Virus record (IMG/VR): IMGVR_UViG_3300020582_000006
Location: 1 to 64,000 of that record
DNA from: a virus
Reading direction: 5' to 3' (one strand)
DNA: 64,000 nucleotides
In this document: one piece after another, positions 58,348 through 64,000 of the stretch
Layout: each line of letters begins with the position of its first letter
Position numbering within the stretch: the first letter of the stretch is position 1
Notes under the pieces: generated by a model
Databases searched by the model: none
The model's input: only the letters and a program-made list of their open reading frames with translations
What the model was told of the DNA's origin: nothing
Position numbers and translations under genes: made by a program

Positions 58348-58900
58348 TGTCTCCTCCTTCGGTGTCGGCAATAGTTCTCACAAATCCTTCCACCATCGGT
58401 TGCCAGTTGAAGGGTGGCCACTCGGCGGGAAAGTTGCTGTCCGGAAAATGCGCGCCGATGATTCTCCAGAATTCGCCGCTCGCGGTCCGGACCGCGAGTT
58501 CGACCCGGTCTTCCATCGTGGCCACCTTCACTTCGGCGGCGCGGAGTAGGATGGGAGGCGAATCGTCGTATCCGTCGAACTCGAACGGTTCGACCTCGAT
58601 CATTGCCGGTTCCTCGGCGGGCGTCTGGTTGTGATCCCAGACCGTCGCGATCACTTTACCGGCGAAGCGTTCTTTCTCGCCGGGCCAGATCACGATGTCT
58701 CCGATTGCCAGGCGATCTCGCTTCGCATAGGGACTGAAGCCGCCCTTGCGCTGCCACTCATCGAGCGCGAGGGCCAGTTCGGACAGCCGCGCGGCCTTCG
58801 CCGCCAGGTCCGCATAGTCGATGTCTTCTCCCCGGTCGTTGATCGCCTGAATTTCCCGGGCGAGCTCGATCTGTTCTTTCAAGTTAGCGATAGGGTCCAC
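58340..58900 (-). CDS. Hypothetical protein
   Basis: MDPIANL...ALDEW..KGGF.P N-terminal motif. Confidence 0.6.
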   Translation of the reverse strand: MDPIANLKEQIELAREIQAINDRGEDIDYADLAAKAARLSELALALDEWQRKGGFSPYAKRDRLAIGDIVIWPGEKERFAGKVIATVWDHNQTPAEEPAMIEVEPFEFDGYDDSPPILLRAAEVKVATMEDRVELAVRTASGEFWRIIGAHFPDSNFPAEWPPFNWQPMVEGFVRTIADTEGGDNG

Positions 58901-58904
58901 AGGC

Positions 58905-59326
58905 TTATTCCTTTGCTCGCGGAAGCGGCGCGATCGAGGCTTCCAGACCGTGGATCGGCAAGGCGTGCGCGGCCAGCAGCCGGAAGGTCGATTGTTTGTA
59001 TTTGCGAGCCAGAATTTCCGCCTGTTTCTCGCTCAGCGGCTGGCCCTTGTCGGAGCCCACCGCGATGAGCTTGTTGTCTGCCGTCTGCAGTATTACGATG
59101 TGCGTTTTCATTTTTGTGCTGTGTTGTCTCCTTTTAAAAATCGTTCCGCCTCTTCGCGGGATGAGAATGCTTTGCCGGTCGAGCCCGCGGTATAGAGCGT
59201 GCCGAATCGGGTATGTACCGGGCGGATCGGGTTCCCCTCCAGGTATTCGACCAGCGCCTTGTTATAGGCGTCAGCGCCGATCTGTTCGATCAGCGCAAAG
59301 CGTTCTTCGGGACTGTCCCAGTTCAT
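58905..59326 (-). CDS. Two small hypothetical genes (58905-59111, 59108-59326)
   Basis: RBS and ATGA coupling. Confidence 0.5.
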
Positions 59327-60465
59327 TTCTTCTTTCCTTTCAGCGGGTCGATACCGTCTTTGAAGCGGAGTTGCTTGCGCGTGCATTCCTCCGGGCTGAC
59401 ATCTTCGCGCACCCCTTTCAGACGGGCCTGCACCAGCGAGCCCTGGCAGTACAGATACTCGACTTCGATGATCTGGCCGACCTCGGGCACTTTCTTGCCG
59501 ATGATCGAGCAGGAGCCGATCTCCGTGCCGTCGAACAGGCTGAAGGTAATCGACTCCTTGCCGTTCGCCGTGTTGTTCGCGGTCACGATGACGGAGGCTG
59601 ACGCGGTGAACTTCCAGCGCAGATTGTCGCCGCCGCGCGAAGGCCTCCCCGCTTTGTACGGCGCTGACTTCTTCACGAAGACCACGCCTTCGGCGTGCTG
59701 GTCTCTGGCATCCTGAATCAGCCGCGCTTTGTCCGTACAGGTCTGAGCGCCCTGAACCACTTTGATCTCAGGCGTCAGAACGATTTTCCTGAGCATCTTA
59801 TGGCGGGATTCGTAGGGTTCCTCGCGCAGGTCCTTGCCATCCACGAACAGAAGATCGAAGGCGTGGATGGTTTCGCCTACCAGTTCGCCGTCGATCACGA
59901 ACTGCGTCGGCCTCAATTCCTCGAGGGATTTTTTGAGGGCTGCGGGGACCGGCCTCACTCGCGCTGACCGTCCGGAGAACAGATGGATCGAAGGATAGTC
60001 GTTCTTGCCCGCCGAGCGGAAGTGCAGCTGCACCCGGTCGCCGTCGTGTTTGATCTGGACCCACCAGTCGCTGTCGTGGATCAGTCTGGCTTTGTCGGCC
60101 TCGTCGATATCGTTCAGGAGGCGCACCGGATAACAGACCGGCGCTTCACCCACCTGTCTGGTCACCGGCTTTTTCACCGGCTCGAGCGCCGGTTTCATTT
60201 CGGCAGTCGAGATGACCTTGTAGTGGCTGTCTCCGTGGATCTTGTCCGATTGCAGCTGCTCGAAGATCGCCTGCGCCCTTGCGAGCGGTACGGGTTGTTT
60301 CGTTTTAGTCGCCGTGCGGACTACGTCGCCGATTGCGCCATATTCCACATTGACCAGATAAGCGTCCTGTCCCGCCGGGACCAGGAAGATCGTATAAAAT
60401 TTACCACCGGATTTGCTGTCCGCTTCGAGGCGAACCGCTTGTGCCGTTCCTGCCTGTGCTGTCAT
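59323..60465 (-). CDS. ATP-dependent DNA ligase with N-terminal WGR domain
   Basis: KHDGDR motif I, IDGELV, FDLL, EGVV.V and OB fold EVEYL...R.D. Confidence 0.88.
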   Translation of the reverse strand: MTAQAGTAQAVRLEADSKSGGKFYTIFLVPAGQDAYLVNVEYGAIGDVVRTATKTKQPVPLARAQAIFEQLQSDKIHGDSHYKVISTAEMKPALEPVKKPVTRQVGEAPVCYPVRLLNDIDEADKARLIHDSDWWVQIKHDGDRVQLHFRSAGKNDYPSIHLFSGRSARVRPVPAALKKSLEELRPTQFVIDGELVGETIHAFDLLFVDGKDLREEPYESRHKMLRKIVLTPEIKVVQGAQTCTDKARLIQDARDQHAEGVVFVKKSAPYKAGRPSRGGDNLRWKFTASASVIVTANNTANGKESITFSLFDGTEIGSCSIIGKKVPEVGQIIEVEYLYCQGSLVQARLKGVREDVSPEECTRKQLRFKDGIDPLKGKKK

Positions 60466-60499
60466 GTCTGATGCTCCTGTATTGTTTGTGTGTTGTATT

Positions 60500-60528
60500 G
60501 CTAAATACAATTATATCATGTATTTAGC
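60500..60528 (-). promoter_or_regulatory. Extended -10 TGATATAAT enclosed in a 10-bp inverted repeat
   Basis: GCTAAATACA-attatatca-TGTATTTAGC on the + strand. Confidence 0.65.
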
Positions 60529-61112
60529 GAATCGTTGAGGGCGTCGGAAAGGGCTGTTTTCATGGATTCGATAATCATGGCTTCGACCAGGCGCAGGTCG
60601 GGATCGGTCCATGCCTCACTCCCGTTCCAGGTGTCGTCCTCCGTCGTGATGTAGGTGATCGTGACCCTCTCACCGGCATCCGTTACCGCGCCGAACTCGA
60701 TCAATTTGCAGCTGTCGCGGGGATCGCCTGTGACCGGGAAGATGGCGACCCGGTCTTCCGGCTTGCGATTGAGCGCGACTATGGCCTGTTCAAAGGACGG
60801 ATCGATCAGGAACTCGCCGGTCATCGCGATCAGATGGCCGTTCCATGGCGCTTCCGTGTCGGCCCATGCGTACGGGATGGTTTCCCGGGCGCTCGACCTT
60901 TCCTCCGGCGTGAGGCCGGTCGTATAGGCCAGTTTCGAATCGGGAAATTCTACGACCCATTTGGCCGCGCGGGGAATCGCCTCAATGCCGAAGTGACGCA
61001 GGCATTCTATGGTGACGCGAGTCGCAGCGACGCAACTGTTGACCGGCAGGAACCGGCGCAGGACCGGCCTGGCCGCCGCAGCATAGGCTGCCATGATGAT
61101 GACCGGCGTCAC
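60516..61112 (-). CDS. Hypothetical protein (Cys-His-Asp, transglutaminase-like possible)
   Basis: NSCV...WNGHL...LIDPS. Confidence 0.5.
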   Translation of the reverse strand: MTPVIIMAAYAAAARPVLRRFLPVNSCVAATRVTIECLRHFGIEAIPRAAKWVVEFPDSKLAYTTGLTPEERSSARETIPYAWADTEAPWNGHLIAMTGEFLIDPSFEQAIVALNRKPEDRVAIFPVTGDPRDSCKLIEFGAVTDAGERVTITYITTEDDTWNGSEAWTDPDLRLVEAMIIESMKTALSDALNDSLNT

Positions 61113-61417
61113 TTCGCCGCTCCTGTCGGAGCGAGATCGGCGAACATGCCTTCGTCGTTGCAGGGGCACGAAAGCAACTGGCGGCAGCACCGCGGGCATT
61201 CCTCGACATCGCAGCCGGGATGGTGGAATTGCCCGACTGACACCCCGCAGTCATGGCAGCGGCGCCCCGGGTCGGGCGGCGGATAGCGTGTTTCCTTGCC
61301 ATAGCGAATGCGGTCGTGAACCGTCGCTTTCTTTCCGTCCGGCGTGAACTGGATGCGATCAGCGGTGCATCCGTCAGCGGTCGTCATTTCCTGTTTGCAG
61401 TTTTCGCAGATAGCCAT
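61109..61417 (-). CDS. Cys/His-rich hypothetical protein
   Basis: CHDCGV..G..HHPGCDVEECPRC..QLLSC.C. Confidence 0.7.
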   Translation of the reverse strand: MAICENCKQEMTTADGCTADRIQFTPDGKKATVHDRIRYGKETRYPPPDPGRRCHDCGVSVGQFHHPGCDVEECPRCCRQLLSCPCNDEGMFADLAPTGAAK

Positions 61418-61864
61418 TAGAGCGTGTCCCCTCTCTCGATCTCGAGCAGTTCCGTGCGGGCGATCAGTAACTCGCCGGTGCCCGGAGGCGGCGTGCCTTT
61501 CTCGCCGTGCGCCCGCCAGAGCAGATTGGCGATCTTGCGGAACTTGGCGCGATTGCGGGCTCCCGTCTTTCCGTTCTCAGACGCCTGGAGTGCAATGCCC
61601 AATGCCTGCCTCAGCAGGTCTTTGTCTACTGCGGTGAAGGATGCCATTTCAGCAGCACCCCTTGCACTCTTCGGTGGCCGCCGGCGCGGGCGCACAGAAG
61701 CTGGCAAGCGCACGCTTCACCACTTCCGCGGGCTCGATCTTCAGATCGAAGCCGGTATTGAAGATGCGCTGCGCCTCGCTGCCGGTCAGTTGGACCTCGA
61801 TGATCGGGTCCCTGAGCTTGCTCATCGTCAGGTTCACTGAACGTGTTTTCGCTTTGGTTGCCAT
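61417..61864 (-). CDS. Two small hypothetical genes (61417-61647, 61649-61864)
   Basis: RBS plus ACAACAT leader. Confidence 0.5.
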
Positions 61865-61885
61865 GTTGTGTTTTGTCCTTTCGTC

Positions 61886-62857
61886 TTACTTCGCAAACAG
61901 CAGGCCCTGGCCGCGCTTCGTATAGAGCGGTTCGGGTTCCTGGGTAGTGTAAACCGGTTCGGTGCCGGCCACGAGTGAATTCCCCTCGTCGACGGAACCG
62001 GTTACGATTCGCTCGCCGGTGATCTCAGCCGGGAACGGAAATGTCAGCCATGGCGCATAGAGCACGCCGTTGATCTTCGTCATAAGAACGCAGAGACGGT
62101 CGATGTCCATGCCATAGAGACAGAGCGAGTAGTTGCTCGCGTGGAGTAACATGCGTCCGGATCCGACGCACGGATCGCAGATGGTAGCGGTGCGCGGATC
62201 GCGCCCGTCGGGAAGGCCGCCCTCCATCAGATCGTGGCATTGCATTCGGGCCATCATCTCTACGACATTGTGGGGCGTGGGATAAAACCCGGTGTAGTTA
62301 TATTTTCCCTTGCCCTCGGCATAGAGCGTGCCCAGGTAGTCGTAAGGCTGGAGTAACAGCGGGCCCAGATTGAAATGGCGGTAGAGCGCCTCGTTGGTCT
62401 TGTCCGCGAGGCGCGGCTCATCGATACCGTGGAGACCCATCGCCCAGGCCAGCCATTCGATCAGCGCCGGGAATGCGGACCACGAACCGGTGTCGTGGAA
62501 CATGATGTCGAGCGCCTTTTCGATCATCTTCATGCCTTCGCCGATGCGCGGATTGCCTTCGCCAAACTGCATCTGCGGGATCGGCTCGTCGAGCAGCTTG
62601 CCACCCATCCACGTTCTCAGGTAGTAATCCCACCGGTTCACCACTTGCGGATGATAGTGGCACTGCTGAACCATGGGAAGCATCCACGCGCGGTACTTCC
62701 ATGGCGCGATGGGATCTTTGCCTAACAGCGGCGGACGACCGTTCTGCAGAATGAAACAGTTTACGTCGAGCACCGCGGACTCGGCCGGCTCCGGTTCGGG
62801 AACCGGTTCGGGAATGACCTTCGCCTTCGTCGGCTTTACTCTCTTGAGGACGGGCAT
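61886..62857 (-). CDS. N6-adenine DNA methyltransferase-like protein
   Basis: DYLGTLY, GFYPTP..V, DPCVGSGRML and YGMDID motifs; no NPPY/F motif seen. Confidence 0.75.
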   Translation of the reverse strand: MPVLKRVKPTKAKVIPEPVPEPEPAESAVLDVNCFILQNGRPPLLGKDPIAPWKYRAWMLPMVQQCHYHPQVVNRWDYYLRTWMGGKLLDEPIPQMQFGEGNPRIGEGMKMIEKALDIMFHDTGSWSAFPALIEWLAWAMGLHGIDEPRLADKTNEALYRHFNLGPLLLQPYDYLGTLYAEGKGKYNYTGFYPTPHNVVEMMARMQCHDLMEGGLPDGRDPRTATICDPCVGSGRMLLHASNYSLCLYGMDIDRLCVLMTKINGVLYAPWLTFPFPAEITGERIVTGSVDEGNSLVAGTEPVYTTQEPEPLYTKRGQGLLFAK

Positions 62858-63066
62858 GGCACCTTTCCTTTCAGGGCTTCGTCGTACAGCTCCGAGAGCT
62901 GCTCGACGGTATCCGCGCCCGGCATCTCATCGTCCGTGCCCAGTTGGGGAAACACTCGTTTTAAAGTGCGCGCCAGTCTGCGATTGAAGCCTTCCTGGTC
63001 GGCCAGCGAGATCGCCTGCAGGATGTCTTTGTTTTGTCTTGTTCCCAATTTTTCCAGCTCCTTTTT

Positions 63067-63408
63067 TTAGTAACCCTGACGGATCAGCCGCGCTTCGCTC
63101 GCGGTCCGATCGTAGGCTGATTGCAACAGCTCCGGCGGATCGGTCGGCATATCGTCCGGCCACCGGATCCAGTCGAAGGCTTCGGAATGAAACAGCATGT
63201 ATTCATAGGCGACCTCGACCGTCGGCGCTCCTCCTTCGAAGATGTCTTCGGCGGCATAGCGCAGCTGACGCCCCAGCCTCGCCCAGTCGGGCGGCTCAGG
63301 CGCCGGGTCCCTGACTAACGCGCCCTTCGCCAGTTCGATCATGGCCTCGCGAGTCATGTCTCCGGTGGCGATGGCCTGGACGGCCTCGCGCAATTTTCGT
63401 TCTGTCAT
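63067..63408 (-). CDS. Hypothetical protein
   Basis: AAGGA RBS; 113 aa. Confidence 0.55.
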   Translation of the reverse strand: MTERKLREAVQAIATGDMTREAMIELAKGALVRDPAPEPPDWARLGRQLRYAAEDIFEGGAPTVEVAYEYMLFHSEAFDWIRWPDDMPTDPPELLQSAYDRTASEARLIRQGY

Positions 63409-63426
63409 TTTTGGGATTCCTTTCTT

Positions 63427-63963
63427 CTATGAAGCGGGGACCACGGCTCCGCAGCTGGTGCATTGCAGCATACGCTTGCGCTGCGCCAGCGTACCGCCGA
63501 GCAGTAAGAAGACCAGTGCTCCGACCGCGACCAGGGGCGCAAGCACCAGAGCAAAAGGGGCGAGGAACAGCAGGAAGATCGCGGCGGGGATCATGACCAG
63601 AAGCCCGAGGCATCCGCCGGATCCGCCGAGTTTAAAGCGACTCTTGCTGACCAGTCTGCCGCGATGACAAATCTGACAGACCGGTCTGGAAGACGGTCCT
63701 CGAGGTATCGGCCGACCGTTGATGAGCGGCACATTGATGCCGCCGCACGTGGGGCAATAGTTGAAGCCGGTGGAGCATGTTCCGCAGTTCGTGCACTGAT
63801 TCTGGTGCTGGAACTGATCGGCCGGGCGCGGCGCGGTTACCTCCGCGGTTACTTCCGGCAGCGGCGGCGTCAAATCAAACCGGGTCGTGCATTTCGGACA
63901 TGACTGACCTGAGCGCCACTCAATCCAGTGGTGTTTGCAGCGAGTACATCTTACAAGTTTCAT
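63427..63963 (-). CDS. Multi-zinc-ribbon membrane protein
   Basis: Several CxxC pairs and two TM helices. Confidence 0.65.
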   Translation of the reverse strand: MKLVRCTRCKHHWIEWRSGQSCPKCTTRFDLTPPLPEVTAEVTAPRPADQFQHQNQCTNCGTCSTGFNYCPTCGGINVPLINGRPIPRGPSSRPVCQICHRGRLVSKSRFKLGGSGGCLGLLVMIPAAIFLLFLAPFALVLAPLVAVGALVFLLLGGTLAQRKRMLQCTSCGAVVPAS

Positions 63964-64000
63964 GGTGTTGTTTCCTTTGTGTGTTGTGTTGTGGAAGGGG

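Overview
About 64 kb of a GC-rich myovirus-like phage that probably also replicates as a plasmid. The host is inferred, not shown, to be Acidobacteria-like. Positions 1-25 kb (+) hold the virion module: major capsid, neck, tail sheath and tube, a -1 frameshifted tail chaperone, a tape measure with an SLT domain, baseplate and fibres. This module is interrupted by a GIY-YIG homing endonuclease with a c4-like RNA and by an initiator-type tRNA-Met. Positions 25.7-34.1 kb (-) hold RecT, an exonuclease and small early genes. The + operon at 34.2-39.1 kb ends in the most striking locus: a nuclease-dead Cas12f/TnpB-like gene (37869-39065). It is followed by a structured non-coding RNA ending in one CRISPR-like repeat (...ATTGAAAG) with a putative guide, and then by a 1.45-kb strand-polarised array of TCG(G/T)TCGG motifs. 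The array abuts an iteron origin, a RepA_C-type initiator and a ParA/RHH partition pair. Further right are a FimB-like recombinase with an inverted-repeat site, a second origin-like region with DnaA boxes around a 62-bp nested perfect palindrome, RuvC, ParB proteins, DNA-modification-type genes and a WGR-ligase. All family calls come from recognising motifs by eye; no database searches were run.
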